From contig JAPLLW010000014.1 of assembly GCA_026387355.1 (NCBI GenBank), positions 5,295 through 69,294 on the forward strand: DNA of 64,000 nucleotides, in the 5' to 3' direction. The stretch comes from Candidatus Omnitrophota bacterium. Its GTDB lineage: Bacteria; Omnitrophota; Gorgyraeia; Gygaellales; Profunditerraquicolaceae. The notes under the pieces are model-generated. The model saw nothing but the letters and a program-made list of their open reading frames with translations, had not been told where the DNA came from and did not search any database. The first letter of the stretch is position 1; every line of letters begins with the position of its first letter. The position numbers were made by a program, and so were the translations under genes. This document shows positions 1 through 9,677 of the stretch, piece by piece.

Positions 1-624
1 TATATTATCGGGACTGTTGCCGGGCCGCATCCATATCCTATGTTAGTAAGAGATTTTCAATCGGTTATTGGTAAAGAGGTTAAAAAGCAGATTCTAAAAA
101 ATGATCGCGCGTTGCCTGATTATCTGGTTGCTTGTGTGGGCGGTGGAAGTAATGCTATGGGATTATTTTATCCATTTTTTGCGGATAAAAGAGTTAAGTT
201 TATCGGGGTTGAGGCCGGGGGAAGGTCATTTTCTCAAGGCGAGCATGCTGCTACGCTTGTAAAAGGCGATATCGGCGTATTACACGGCTCTAAGTCGGGT
301 TTACTAGAGGATAGATTCGGACAGATTAACGCAACGCATTCTATCTCTGCCGGCCTTGATTATCCGGGGGTGGGTCCTGAGCATGCTTATTACAAAAAGA
401 TAAAGCGTGCTCAATATGTTTCAGTTAATGATTTAGAGGCTTTGGCCGGTTTTCGCCTGCTTTCTGAGTTAGAGGGGATAATTCCTGCTTTGGAGTCAGC
501 TCATGCTATCGCCTACCTAAAGCGCTTGGGTAAGAAGATTAACAGGAATTCCAGGGTTGTAGTTTGTTTATCCGGTAGAGGAGACAAAGATTTAGGTATA
601 GTTACGAAGAGATTGAAAATATGA
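1..624 (+). CDS. trpB: tryptophan synthase beta subunit, C-terminal part (gene begins upstream of the window)
   Basis: Reading frame is open from nt 1; translation contains [26 protein letters not shown] and other TrpB C-terminal motifs; immediately followed by overlapping trpA. Confidence 0.9.
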   Translation, partial: YIIGTVAGPHPYPMLVRDFQSVIGKEVKKQILKNDRALPDYLVACVGGGSNAMGLFYPFFADKRVKFIGVEAGGRSFSQGEHAATLVKGDIGVLHGSKSGLLEDRFGQINATHSISAGLDYPGVGPEHAYYKKIKRAQYVSVNDLEALAGFRLLSELEGIIPALESAHAIAYLKRLGKKINRNSRVVVCLSGRGDKDLGIVTKRLKI

Positions 625-1406
625 ATCGCATAGACAAGAAGTTCAAAGAGTTAAAAAAAAATAAGAAAAAAGCATTTATTGCTTTTATTACTGCGGGCTA
701 TCCGAGCTTAAGTATTACAGAGAAACTTATCTACGAATTTGACAAAATAGGGGTAGATATTCTAGAGTTAGGAGTGCCGTTTTCTGATCCAATGGCAGAT
801 GGTCCGATAATTCAAGAGGCTTCTTATGAAGCGCTTAAAAGGAAAACGCACTTAATTGATATATTAAAGTTAGTAAAAAAGGTGCGCTCAAAGATCAAGA
901 CGCCAATCTGCCTCATGACTTATTACAACCCCATATTCTGTTTTCCGCAGGCAAAGTTTGTAGAGATTGCTAAAGATTCAGGGGTGGACGGGGTGATTAT
1001 TCCGGACCTTCCTCCTGAAGAAGGAACGCTGCTTAATCAACAGACACAAAAAGCAGGGATACATCTTGTATATTTTCTCTCTCCTACCAGCAGCTTAAAC
1101 AGGATCAAATTAATCTCTAGGATTGCAAAGGGTTTTATTTATTATGTATCTTTAACTGGGACTACTGGCGCACGCTCATCTTTAGCCAAAGATATCAAGA
1201 AGAATATTAAATTGATTAAGAAATATACTAGAAATCCGGTTTGTGTGGGTTTTGGAATCTCTACTAGATTCCAGGTAAGACAAATATGCAAAGTAGCTGA
1301 TGGCGTTATAATAGGAAGTGTAATTGTTAAACGCATCAAAGAAAATCTAAGTAATCCTAATTTAGTAAGAAAAGTAAGCAGTTTTGTCTCTGCGCTTAAA
1401 GCATGA
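621..1406 (+). CDS. trpA: tryptophan synthase alpha subunit
   Basis: 261 aa; TIM-barrel TrpA hallmarks ([23 protein letters not shown]); ATGA overlap with trpB stop. Confidence 0.9.
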   Translation: MNRIDKKFKELKKNKKKAFIAFITAGYPSLSITEKLIYEFDKIGVDILELGVPFSDPMADGPIIQEASYEALKRKTHLIDILKLVKKVRSKIKTPICLMTYYNPIFCFPQAKFVEIAKDSGVDGVIIPDLPPEEGTLLNQQTQKAGIHLVYFLSPTSSLNRIKLISRIAKGFIYYVSLTGTTGARSSLAKDIKKNIKLIKKYTRNPVCVGFGISTRFQVRQICKVADGVIIGSVIVKRIKENLSNPNLVRKVSSFVSALKA

Positions 1407-2680
1407 ATCAAATTTACAATAAAATAGTATTAGATAATGGCTTAAAGATTGTCTCCCATAAGATGCCGGGACGCGAATCCGTAGCTTTGGGTATCTGGAT
1501 AAACGTCGGAGGCAGATATGAAGATTCTAAGAATAAGGGTATATCGCATTTCCTAGAACATCTTCTGTTTAAGGGGACAAGAAAATTTACTTGCCGTCAA
1601 CTCAAGGAGTCTATCGAAGGTGTAGGGGGGTCTTTAAATGGATTTACTTCGGAGGAGCTAACCTGTTATTTAGTAAAATTACCCGCTAGTTACCTAAAAA
1701 TTGGCTTAAACATTCTTTCAGATATGGTGATTAATCCGACTCTGCCTGCTCGTGAGATTGAAAAGGAGAAGACCGTTATTCTGGAAGAGCTAAAGATGTA
1801 CAGGGATCTTCCCCAGAGCTACGTTTATGAACTTCTTGATGAATTGCTCTGGCCGAAACAGCCGTTGGGCGAGTCTATAATAGGGACAGTTGAATCTGTA
1901 AGTAGGGTAAATAGATCTGCGCTTACTGATTTTAAAAACAAATATTATACTGTTTCAAATATGGTAATTAGCGCAGCTGGAAATTTTGAGCATAAAGATT
2001 TAGAGCAGTCAATCTCTAAGTTATTCTCTTCTTTTAAAATGCAAGGTTTAAACGGATTTTCTAAAGTTATTGAGTCGCAGGACAAGCCTCGCCTAAAATT
2101 CTTTGAAAAAGCTACTGAACAGACGCATGTGGCCTTGGGTTTTAAGAGTTTCAGGCGTAATCATCCTTTGAAACATGCGCTTGGCCTGTTGCATGTTATC
2201 CTGGGCGCAAATATGTCCAGCCGCTTATTTAACGAGGTCAGGGAGAAGCGCGGGCTTGCTTATGAAATAGGCACTCAGGTTAAGCGTTATCAGGATACTG
2301 GGGCATTTATTGTGCACGCGGGGATTGATAATAAAAAAGTGTGTGATGCAATACAGCTTATTTTAAAAGAGATAAAAAGGATCAGTAAGAATTTAGTTAC
2401 AGCTGATGAATTTAGGCGCGCAAAAGAATTTTACGTGGGTCAGTTAAAGCTTGGTCTTGAGGATACTCTTGAACATATGCTCTGGATAGGAGAGACTAAT
2501 GCCACGCTAAATAGAACCTTTTCTTTGAATGAGATTATTGCTGAGGTAGAGCGCGTGGATCGAAGTAAGATCTGCGAAGTTGCGGCCGAAATATTCAGGG
2601 AAGACAACCTTAATTTAAGTTTAATCGGGCCTCTAGCAGGGGCAAAAACAAAATTATATAAGAATCTTCATTTAGGATAA
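1403..2680 (+). CDS. M16 family zinc peptidase (pitrilysin-like, HxxEH)
   Basis: 425 aa; inverted zinc motif HFLEH...E near N-terminus and typical M16 layout. Confidence 0.85.
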   Translation: MNQIYNKIVLDNGLKIVSHKMPGRESVALGIWINVGGRYEDSKNKGISHFLEHLLFKGTRKFTCRQLKESIEGVGGSLNGFTSEELTCYLVKLPASYLKIGLNILSDMVINPTLPAREIEKEKTVILEELKMYRDLPQSYVYELLDELLWPKQPLGESIIGTVESVSRVNRSALTDFKNKYYTVSNMVISAAGNFEHKDLEQSISKLFSSFKMQGLNGFSKVIESQDKPRLKFFEKATEQTHVALGFKSFRRNHPLKHALGLLHVILGANMSSRLFNEVREKRGLAYEIGTQVKRYQDTGAFIVHAGIDNKKVCDAIQLILKEIKRISKNLVTADEFRRAKEFYVGQLKLGLEDTLEHMLWIGETNATLNRTFSLNEIIAEVERVDRSKICEVAAEIFREDNLNLSLIGPLAGAKTKLYKNLHLG

Positions 2681-2686
2681 ATTATA

Positions 2687-3700
2687 ATGGAATTGACAAT
2701 AGTCTTAGTCATATTTATTACTCTAGCGGTTGTATCATTCTTTCTTTCCGCTTCGGAGACTTCAATTATTGCCTTAAACAAGATCCGTCTGCGCCATATG
2801 GTTTCTAAAGGAGTAAAGAATTCGCAAAACGTTCAGAATCTAGTCGCTAAGCTGGATAAGTTTATAGCTGCCACCCTCATCGGGAATAATTTTGTAAATA
2901 TTGCCATGTCAGCAATAGTTACGGCTGCGTTTATCACGATATTCGGTATTAATTGGGGAATGCTTATCGCTACTTTTTTTACTTCCTTCTTTGTGCTGAT
3001 TTTCTGCGAAATAACTCCTAAGATATTGGCGATGAAGCATACTGAAAAGCTTGCTTTTTTTGTTGCTCCGCTTATGGAGGGACTAATCAAGTTTTTAAAT
3101 CCCGTAGTCGATTTTTTTATCGGGATCAGCAATTTTATTCTTAAACTATTTAAGGTTGATCCTTTCAAAAGATCTCCTCTGGTTACCGAAGAAGAGCTCA
3201 GGCTTATGATCGAAGTGGGTAAGGAAGAGGGTGTATTGAGCGATGAAGAGAGAAAAATGCTCCATCGTATCTTTGAATTCGGAGATACTTTGGTAAGTGA
3301 TGTAATGGTCCCTAAAGAAAAGATGATCGCAGTTAATATAAATATTTCTTCTGAAGAATTGTTGAATATGTTTGTAGAAGAAGGGCATGCCCGGCTTCCC
3401 GTATATAACGGCGTAATTGAGAATATCGTCGGCGTAATTTATGCCAGGGATCTTCTCTATATACTAAGGGATAAGGGATTATTTCTTTTGCAGGATTTAA
3501 TTCATAAGCCTTATTATGCCCCATCGAGTATGCGAGTAAATGAGCTTTTAATAAAGTTTCAGACAGAGAAGGTGCAGATTGCCATTATAGTGGATGAGCA
3601 AAAAAAGGCTATTGGTTTACTTACTCTTGAAGATTTAGTTGAAGAAATTGTCGGCGAGATAGAAGAAGACCAGGTATCTAGTTTTACAAATAAAAATTGA
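2687..3700 (+). CDS. CNNM/HlyC-CorC family membrane protein (DUF21 + CBS pair + CorC_HlyC)
   Basis: 337 aa; N-terminal TM helices, then a CBS-pair region (VMVPKEKMIAV...) and a transporter-associated C-terminal domain. Confidence 0.8.
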   Translation: MELTIVLVIFITLAVVSFFLSASETSIIALNKIRLRHMVSKGVKNSQNVQNLVAKLDKFIAATLIGNNFVNIAMSAIVTAAFITIFGINWGMLIATFFTSFFVLIFCEITPKILAMKHTEKLAFFVAPLMEGLIKFLNPVVDFFIGISNFILKLFKVDPFKRSPLVTEEELRLMIEVGKEEGVLSDEERKMLHRIFEFGDTLVSDVMVPKEKMIAVNINISSEELLNMFVEEGHARLPVYNGVIENIVGVIYARDLLYILRDKGLFLLQDLIHKPYYAPSSMRVNELLIKFQTEKVQIAIIVDEQKKAIGLLTLEDLVEEIVGEIEEDQVSSFTNKN

Positions 3701-3724
3701 TTTTTTAATTTAAAGCGGTATAAT
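3697..3724 (+). promoter_or_regulatory. sigma70-like promoter, TTGATT-N16-TATAAT
   Basis: Read directly: TTGATT at 3697-3702 and TATAAT at 3719-3724, about 35 nt upstream of the strong RBS AAGGAGG of the zinc-ribbon ORF. Confidence 0.5.
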
Positions 3725-3758
3725 AAACCAATAAACAAAACAAACAAGGAGGAAACAA

Positions 3759-3890
3759 ATGGCAGAAAAAGGTTATTGCGTAAAATGTAAAGACAAAAAA
3801 GAAATGAAGAATGAAGAAAAGGTGACTATGAAAAATGGTCGTTCGGCAGTCAAGGGGAAATGTTCTTCCTGCGGAACTGGTATGTATAAA
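3759..3890 (+). CDS. small zinc-ribbon protein, apparently truncated by a frameshift at ~3838-3841
   Basis: Strong RBS (AAGGAGG, 8 nt upstream). The ORF encodes MAEKGYCVKCKDKKEMKNEEKVTMKNG. The second half of the motif (RSAVKGKCSSCGTGMYKILG) is in the +1 frame, which runs into rsfS. Confidence 0.5.
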
Positions 3891-4296
3891 ATCTTAGGTA
3901 ATTCTTAATCAAGCAGTAAAAAGAGGTAGGTACAAAATAGAGACAAAGAATTTAGCTCAAGCGATTGCAGCTGCTGCTAAGGAAAAAAAAGCGCAGAAAG
4001 TGGTGATCTTGGATTTGCGTAAGGTTGCCTCTTTCTGCGATTATTTTGTGATTTCAAGCGCTACAAGTCTGCGTCATACAAACGCGATTGCTAAAGGGAT
4101 AGAGGAGGAGCTGGCTAACCTTAAGATAAAGTCGCTTGCAAGGCCATCTCCAAACGATGATTCGGGCTGGGTAGTTCTGGATTTCGTTTCGGTAGTGGCG
4201 CATGTATTTTATAAACCGATACGTGAATTTTATTCGCTTGAAAGCCTCTGGTCTGACGCTAAGAAGATAAGAGTAACAAGTAAAGGTTTAAAATAG
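3883..4296 (+). CDS. rsfS: ribosomal silencing factor RsfS (start uncertain: ATG 3883, ATG 3835 or GTG 4000)
   Basis: Conserved RsfS N-terminus LAQAIAAAAKEKKAQKVVILDLRK lies upstream of the track start at 4000; C-terminal DSGWVVLDFVSVVAHVF is typical of RsfS/Iojap. Confidence 0.8.
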
Positions 4297-4336
4297 ATCC
4301 TGTCAGTAAATCTAACCCTCCGAATTCATTATTAAA

Positions 4337-5974
4337 ATGAGCGAAAATATTCAATCACAAATAATTAGCCTGATCAAAGATTCTTTAGTCGAATTAGAAA
4401 TAACTGATTCTGCCTGTGAGGAATTACAATTAGATATTCCCGCAGAAACCCGGTTTGGCGATCTTTCTGCAAATATCGCCATGCGTCTAAGCAAGGCTCT
4501 TAAGAAGGCCCCCCGTGATATAGCCGAAGGTTTAATCAAGTCTATGCTTAAGAGGATAGATAAAACTATTCTTAAGGATTATATAAAAGATATAAAGGTA
4601 GAGGGCGCAGGATTTATAAATTTTTATTTTAGCGATAAATACTTATGTGAACAACTCGACCTTATTTTGAAAAAAGGAAAAGAGGCCCTACGCATAAATT
4701 TGTCAGGTGGTAGAGCTGTTTTAATTGAGTTTGTCAGTGCAAATCCGACGGGCTCTTTGTCCGTAGCCCACGCCCGACAGGCGGCCGTAGGCGATTGCCT
4801 GGCGAACGTGTTGGATTTCTTAGGTTTTAAGGTTAAAAGGGAGTATTACCTTAACGACGAAGGAAACCAGATTAATATTCTCGGTAAATCCGTTGAATTA
4901 AGAATAAATGAACTCATAGGTGAAAAAATAGAGTTTCCGGAGAACTATTATCAGGGTGAATATATCTGCGATATAGCTAAGTTAGCTAAGGAAAAAAAGA
5001 TTAAGACTGAAGATCTTGGAGATTTTGCAGCTAATTTTATACTGAATATAATTAAGAAAGAGTTAGTTGATTTCGGGGTAAGATTTGACACTTGGTATTC
5101 ACAGAAAGAACTGGGGAAAAGCGGGAAAATTAATAAGGCTTTCGAATATTTAAAAAGCAAGGATTTGCTTTACGAACAAGAAGGTGCCCTCTGGTTTAAG
5201 TCCAGTTCTTTCGGAGATGATAAAGACAGGGTGGTTGTAAAAAGCGACGGGTCCCAGACCTACCTTGCTCCCGACATTGCTTATCACGATGATAAATACA
5301 GGCGCGGATTTGATTGGCTGATTAATTTATGGGGGCCTGATCATCATGGTTATATTAATAGGCTTAAAGCCTCTGTTGCTGCTTTTGGGAGAGATCCTAA
5401 AACGCTTGAAATAGTTATAGTGCAATTAGCAAGTATATTCAGAAATGGCGTTCCTGTGCAGATGTCAACGCGCCGCGGAGAATTTATAACTTTAAGGGAA
5501 GTATTGGATGAAGTTGGAGTAGATGCAGCCAGATTCTTCTTTCTAATGCGTAGGACCTCTAGTCACTTAGATTTCGATCTTGAAGTAGCAAAAAAACAGA
5601 ATGCGGAAAATCCTGTTTATTACGTACAGTATGCGCATGCGCGTATTGCGAGTATTTTACGCAATGGCGAGTTTAAATTAGATAAGGATGCGGATTTATC
5701 TCTTTTAAAGGAAAAAGAAGAGTTGAATCTGATTAAGAAAATATTGCAGTTTTCTTATATAATGAATGTTTGTTTGGCTACTCAAGATCCTTATATGATC
5801 ACTGTTTATCTGCAAGAGCTTTCCGAGTGTTTCCACAAGTTTTATGATTTGCATCGCGTTTTAACCGATGATTTGGCGCTTACTCAAAGCCGACTTGTCC
5901 TTATTGAAGGCGTAAGAATTACCATTGCCACAGGATTAGACCTATTAGGTATCTCCAAACCAGAAAAGATGTAA
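4337..5974 (+). CDS. argS: arginine--tRNA ligase
   Basis: 545 aa; class I HIGH-like motif (SANPTGSLSVAHARQAAVGD), DALR anticodon-binding C-terminus. Confidence 0.9.
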   Translation: MSENIQSQIISLIKDSLVELEITDSACEELQLDIPAETRFGDLSANIAMRLSKALKKAPRDIAEGLIKSMLKRIDKTILKDYIKDIKVEGAGFINFYFSDKYLCEQLDLILKKGKEALRINLSGGRAVLIEFVSANPTGSLSVAHARQAAVGDCLANVLDFLGFKVKREYYLNDEGNQINILGKSVELRINELIGEKIEFPENYYQGEYICDIAKLAKEKKIKTEDLGDFAANFILNIIKKELVDFGVRFDTWYSQKELGKSGKINKAFEYLKSKDLLYEQEGALWFKSSSFGDDKDRVVVKSDGSQTYLAPDIAYHDDKYRRGFDWLINLWGPDHHGYINRLKASVAAFGRDPKTLEIVIVQLASIFRNGVPVQMSTRRGEFITLREVLDEVGVDAARFFFLMRRTSSHLDFDLEVAKKQNAENPVYYVQYAHARIASILRNGEFKLDKDADLSLLKEKEELNLIKKILQFSYIMNVCLATQDPYMITVYLQELSECFHKFYDLHRVLTDDLALTQSRLVLIEGVRITIATGLDLLGISKPEKM

Positions 5975-5988
5975 GAAGAGGGTATAAG

Positions 5989-7677
5989 TTGCATTCCCAC
6001 AAGATACTGCGTATCGCTTCCAAGCAAGCCAGCCTCCAGGACAATCTAAGCAAAGAGCTCAAGATTTCAAAGATTACTTCTCAGGTTCTTATCAACCGGG
6101 GAATTTCTAGCGTTGCTCAGGCAGAGGAGTTCCTTAGCGCAAACTTTTCTTATCTACTTGATCCATTTTCGTTTAAGGGTATGCATAAGGCAGTAGAGCG
6201 TATCCATCAGGCGATCAAGAACAAGGATAAAGTGTTAATCTTCGGCGATTATGATGTTGACGGGGTTACCAGTGTCGCATTGCTTAAATCAACACTTAGG
6301 CATTTGGGTTTAGAGACTCTGCATTATATGCCGCATAGAATTAAGGAAGGCTACGGTTTAACAGAGAATATTCTAAGTACAGCAAAAGATCAAAATGTTA
6401 AGCTTGTGATTACTGTTGACTGCGGTACAAGTAACCACCGCCAGATCGCTGAATTAAAAGCGCATAATATCGATACTATTGTTATTGACCATCATGAATT
6501 GCATGACGAGAATTTGCCTGTTGCGCTTAGTATAATTAACCCTAAGCTAAAGGCCTGTGAATATAAATACCGCGATTTAGCAGGTGTTGGGGTTGTTTAT
6601 AAACTTTGTCAGGCATTGAGCGCAAAGCATTTAAAGGAAGACCTGGATCTGGTTACGCTTGGGACAATTGCCGATGTTGTGCCTTTGACCGGAGAAAACC
6701 GCATAATCGTAAAAGAGGGGCTCAATTTGCTCTCAAAGACTAAGAGGCCCGGGCTTAGGGCTTTGATTGAAGGAGCGGGGATTAAAAATAAGAAATTCGG
6801 CACAACCGTAGTAAGTTTCATACTCGGGCCGCGCCTGAATGCTTCAGGTAGGATGTCGTCGGCTGAAACTTCATTAAACTTGCTAATGAGCTCAAGCGTA
6901 AGCGAGGCAGAAGAGTTTGCTTCTGAAATTGAAAAGCATAACCGCGTTCGTCAAAAAACAGAAGCAAAGATTATGCAGGAAGCCGAAGATATTATCAATA
7001 AAGAGATAAATTTTAAAGACCATAAAGTTATTGTTGTGGCCAAAGAAGATTGGCATCAGGGGGTTTTAGGGATAGTTGCCTCAAAGCTTGCGGATAGATT
7101 CTATCGCCCGGCGATTGTTATCTCATTAAGCGAGGAATTATGCAAGGGCTCAGGTCGCTCCATAAAGAATTTTCATCTTTTTCATGCACTCGGTGAGTGC
7201 AAGGAGTTGTTACATGCTTTTGGTGGACATGCACATGCCGTTGGCTTAACGATTACGCGTGACAGTATCAATGATTTCAGGGAGAGTATCAATCGTCTAG
7301 CGCATGATAAGCTATCTCTGGAGGACCTATTGCCTAGTTTGGATGTTGATATGGAGCTAAGCCTATCGGATTTAAACGAAAGATTAATTAGTGAGCTAGA
7401 GAATCTTGAGCCGTTTGGCGCAGGGAATCCTGAGCCGTTATTTTATACAAGAGCTCTAGCCCTAAAAGGAGAGCCGCAGAGCCTGGCTCGCGAGACTTTA
7501 AAGTTCTGGGTTAGTGACGGAAAATCTTCGTTTCAGGTTATTGGTTTTGGAATGAATAATTTGCGTAGCAGCCTAATGCAGGCAAAAAGCGTGGATTTAG
7601 TTTATACTGTGCGTATGGATAATTGGATGGATGAATCTTCGGTGATCTTGGAGGCCAGAGATATATTCTTTGGTTAG
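5989..7677 (+). CDS. recJ: single-stranded-DNA-specific exonuclease RecJ
   Basis: 562 aa; DHH motifs (IFGDYDVDGVTS, VITVDCG, DHHE) and DHHA1 domain (GGHAHAVG). Confidence 0.9.
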   Translation: MHSHKILRIASKQASLQDNLSKELKISKITSQVLINRGISSVAQAEEFLSANFSYLLDPFSFKGMHKAVERIHQAIKNKDKVLIFGDYDVDGVTSVALLKSTLRHLGLETLHYMPHRIKEGYGLTENILSTAKDQNVKLVITVDCGTSNHRQIAELKAHNIDTIVIDHHELHDENLPVALSIINPKLKACEYKYRDLAGVGVVYKLCQALSAKHLKEDLDLVTLGTIADVVPLTGENRIIVKEGLNLLSKTKRPGLRALIEGAGIKNKKFGTTVVSFILGPRLNASGRMSSAETSLNLLMSSSVSEAEEFASEIEKHNRVRQKTEAKIMQEAEDIINKEINFKDHKVIVVAKEDWHQGVLGIVASKLADRFYRPAIVISLSEELCKGSGRSIKNFHLFHALGECKELLHAFGGHAHAVGLTITRDSINDFRESINRLAHDKLSLEDLLPSLDVDMELSLSDLNERLISELENLEPFGAGNPEPLFYTRALALKGEPQSLARETLKFWVSDGKSSFQVIGFGMNNLRSSLMQAKSVDLVYTVRMDNWMDESSVILEARDIFFG

Positions 7678-7680
7678 GTT

Positions 7681-7908
7681 TTAAGCTTTCTTAAGTTCGC
7701 CTTTTTTTATACACTTGGTGCAGACATAGACTTTCTTCGGGTGTCCGTTAATTAGAATGCGCATTTTATGTAAATTAGGCAGAAATGTGCGCATAGTCCA
7801 ACGGCTTATCTTTGAACCTGTACCGCCTTTAGCCTTATATTGACCTTTGCGCGTAACGGTTTTACCTTTAAGTCCGCCTTTTGAGCATAAAGCACATGTT
7901 TTCATCAT
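7681..7908 (-). CDS. rpmB: 50S ribosomal protein L28
   Basis: 75 aa; L28 signature RTFLPNLH and basic composition; convergent with recJ with only a 3-nt gap. Confidence 0.85.
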   Translation of the reverse strand: MMKTCALCSKGGLKGKTVTRKGQYKAKGGTGSKISRWTMRTFLPNLHKMRILINGHPKKVYVCTKCIKKGELKKA

Positions 7909-8053
7909 GGTAAGTTACTCCTTATTTAAGTAGTGGGTGACAATTAATTAAAGCATTTACGGAATAAATAAGTATACTTGAATTTGCGGTATTGTCAAGA
8001 TAGAATATAAGCACAGACAAGGCAATACCTATAGTCTCGGAGACTTAAGAAAC

Positions 8054-8224
8054 ATGGAAGCGAAGATCGGGCATTTGAAGGTGCATATCTTTAAGATCAA
8101 GAACCGCGAAGGTTATGCCGCTCTTTGTTGCGATCACCTTACTGAGGGTAAAACGTCTGATGAGGCCTATGAGCGTATGGTTAAGGCAATGCGCAGGACC
8201 AGCCGAAAAGAAAAATCCCAATAA
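8054..8224 (+). CDS. small HicB/UPF0150-like protein (56 aa), no adjacent HicA seen
   Basis: Read manually (below the track size cutoff): MEAKIGHLKVHIFKIKNREGYAALCCDHLTEGKTSDEAYERMVKAM... fits the GY-A...G-T--EA pattern of UPF0150/HicB_N. Confidence 0.35.
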   Translation: MEAKIGHLKVHIFKIKNREGYAALCCDHLTEGKTSDEAYERMVKAMRRTSRKEKSQ

Positions 8225-8269
8225 TTATTATTGTATTAATTAGATTTTAGTTATAGAATAGCTCTCCCT

Positions 8270-8626
8270 ATGAAAAGATTTACTCTGTATCTTATACGTT
8301 GGCAGTTAAGTACTCCGATATTGTGGTTGGTAGTTAGGAATATGGGTGCTAGTTTTTATGCTACAGTGATAGCTAATTTAATCGGTGGAGCTATTTTTTT
8401 CTGGGTGGATAAATTTATTTTTACATCCAAGGCTATTGAAATCTGGCATATTAAAGAAGGTAGGTGCGATAAGTGCCAAGCTACTTCTCATCTCTGGCGG
8501 CTGGTGAAAACTGTTAATTACGACAAAAGTAAGGAACCCCCAATTTTCTTATGTATGGAATGCTCTAAAAAGAAGACAGATTCCTTAAGGGCAAAGGGTA
8601 TACTTGTGCGTGGAAAAAGTAGATGA
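8270..8626 (+). CDS. GtrA-like two-TM membrane segment fused to a C-terminal C4 zinc ribbon
   Basis: 118 aa; hydrophobic N-terminal half resembling the GtrA family; C-terminus CDKC...17 aa...CMEC. Confidence 0.4.
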   Translation: MKRFTLYLIRWQLSTPILWLVVRNMGASFYATVIANLIGGAIFFWVDKFIFTSKAIEIWHIKEGRCDKCQATSHLWRLVKTVNYDKSKEPPIFLCMECSKKKTDSLRAKGILVRGKSR

Positions 8627-9102
8627 GAGAAGTTCTTGATGTTAAGTTTATGCGCATGAGTATTAAAGAGGCCTACAAGAACATAAAGAAGATGGAAGGT
8701 GGCCCGTTTGGCGCATGTATCGTTAAAGGAAACAAGGTTCTCGCTCTTGGTCACAATAAGGTTCTGGTTAGTGATGCAACCGCTCATGCCGAAATAGTTG
8801 CTATCCGGGAAGCCTCCAGGAAGTTAAAAACCTTTGATTTATCCGGTACTACGATTTATTCCACCACTGAGCCGTGTCCTATGTGTTTTAGCGCTATACA
8901 TTGGGCAAGGATAAGCAGGGTTGTTTATGGAACAAACATTGCGGATGCTCTTAAGATCGGTTTTAATGAGCTAGGCATTGCTAATAATAAGATGAAGAAG
9001 TTGGGAAAGAGTAAGGTTAAGATTACTCCCGGATTTTTACGCAAGGAATGCCTGGAATTATTAAGAGAGTGGGCGTCTCTGGAAGATAAACGTTTTTATT
9101 AA
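8623..9102 (+). CDS. guaD: guanine deaminase (CDA-fold, GuaD-like); alternative start at Met 8650
   Basis: GGPFGACIV...HAEIVAIREA...TEPCPMC closely parallels Bacillus GuaD (GGPFGAVIV...HAEVTAIR...CEPCPMC). Confidence 0.7.
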   Translation: MREVLDVKFMRMSIKEAYKNIKKMEGGPFGACIVKGNKVLALGHNKVLVSDATAHAEIVAIREASRKLKTFDLSGTTIYSTTEPCPMCFSAIHWARISRVVYGTNIADALKIGFNELGIANNKMKKLGKSKVKITPGFLRKECLELLREWASLEDKRFY

Positions 9103-9131
9103 AAATAGGAACAATAGAAAGGAGCAATTAA

Positions 9132-9269
9132 ATGGTAGAGAGAGGCGAGTTTAAAGGTAAGCCGGTTTTAACTATTAAGCGCGACGAGAATGACCAGTAT
9201 CCTTTTTCTTTCGGGTTAAGCAAAGCGCGTTTGATTTTAGAAAATCTGGAAGAGATTAAGAAGTTTGTA
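9132..9269 (+). CDS. small hypothetical ORF (45 aa as read; an alternative frame gives a more protein-like ...ENLEEIKKFVGEAETKQ tail)
   Basis: RBS GGAG upstream; MVERGEFKGKPVLTIKRDENDQYPFSFGLSKARLILE...; coordinates approximate. Confidence 0.25.
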
Positions 9270-9323
9270 GGAGAGGCAGAGACAAAGCAGTAAATCGATA
9301 ATAAAAATAAGCAGTTGAATATG

Positions 9324-9352
9324 TTGACTTGTTTAAAAAAATAACGTATAAT
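9324..9352 (+). promoter_or_regulatory. consensus sigma70 promoter TTGACT-N17-TATAAT for rpsO-pnp
   Basis: Read directly: TTGACT 9324-9329, 17-nt spacer, TATAAT 9347-9352; about 30 nt upstream of rpsO with RBS GGAGG. Confidence 0.65.
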
Positions 9353-9380
9353 ACTAAAAATGTAGAGGAGGTGAATTGTT

Positions 9381-9650
9381 TTGGGTTTGGTTAAAGAAAA
9401 AAAGATAAAGATTATTGATGAATTTAAGGTTCATGCCAGAGATACTGGTTCGACCGAAGTGCAGATTGCGATTTTAACCGAGAGGATCAATCAGCTAGGA
9501 GATCATTTTAAGCTCCATAAGAAAGATCACCATTCTCGCCGCGGATTACTTACGCTTGTCGGCACGCGCCGCAAGCTTCTAAGCTATCTCAAGAAGAAAG
9601 ACGTCAAGAAGTATGAAGAGATTCTTGGCAAGCTTAACTTGAGAAAATAA
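9381..9650 (+). CDS. rpsO: 30S ribosomal protein S15
   Basis: 89 aa; [16 protein letters not shown]...[16 protein letters not shown] is the canonical S15 sequence. Confidence 0.95.
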   Translation: MGLVKEKKIKIIDEFKVHARDTGSTEVQIAILTERINQLGDHFKLHKKDHHSRRGLLTLVGTRRKLLSYLKKKDVKKYEEILGKLNLRK

Positions 9651-9677
9651 CCGAGGTTTCATCCTTAAAATTTAATT

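Noticed and set aside
1142-1411. Minus-strand 60-140 aa ORFs lying antisense inside trpA, the CNNM gene, argS, recJ, pnp, ftsK, ligA, the mur genes, ileS and others (e.g. 1142-1411, 2833-3168, 3146-3388, 9875-10162, 13262-13624, 22622-23293, 59965-60336)
   Set aside because: All are embedded antisense within well-supported conserved genes. They have low-complexity or hydrophobic translations with no recognisable motifs and no RBS context. They are typical shadow ORFs.
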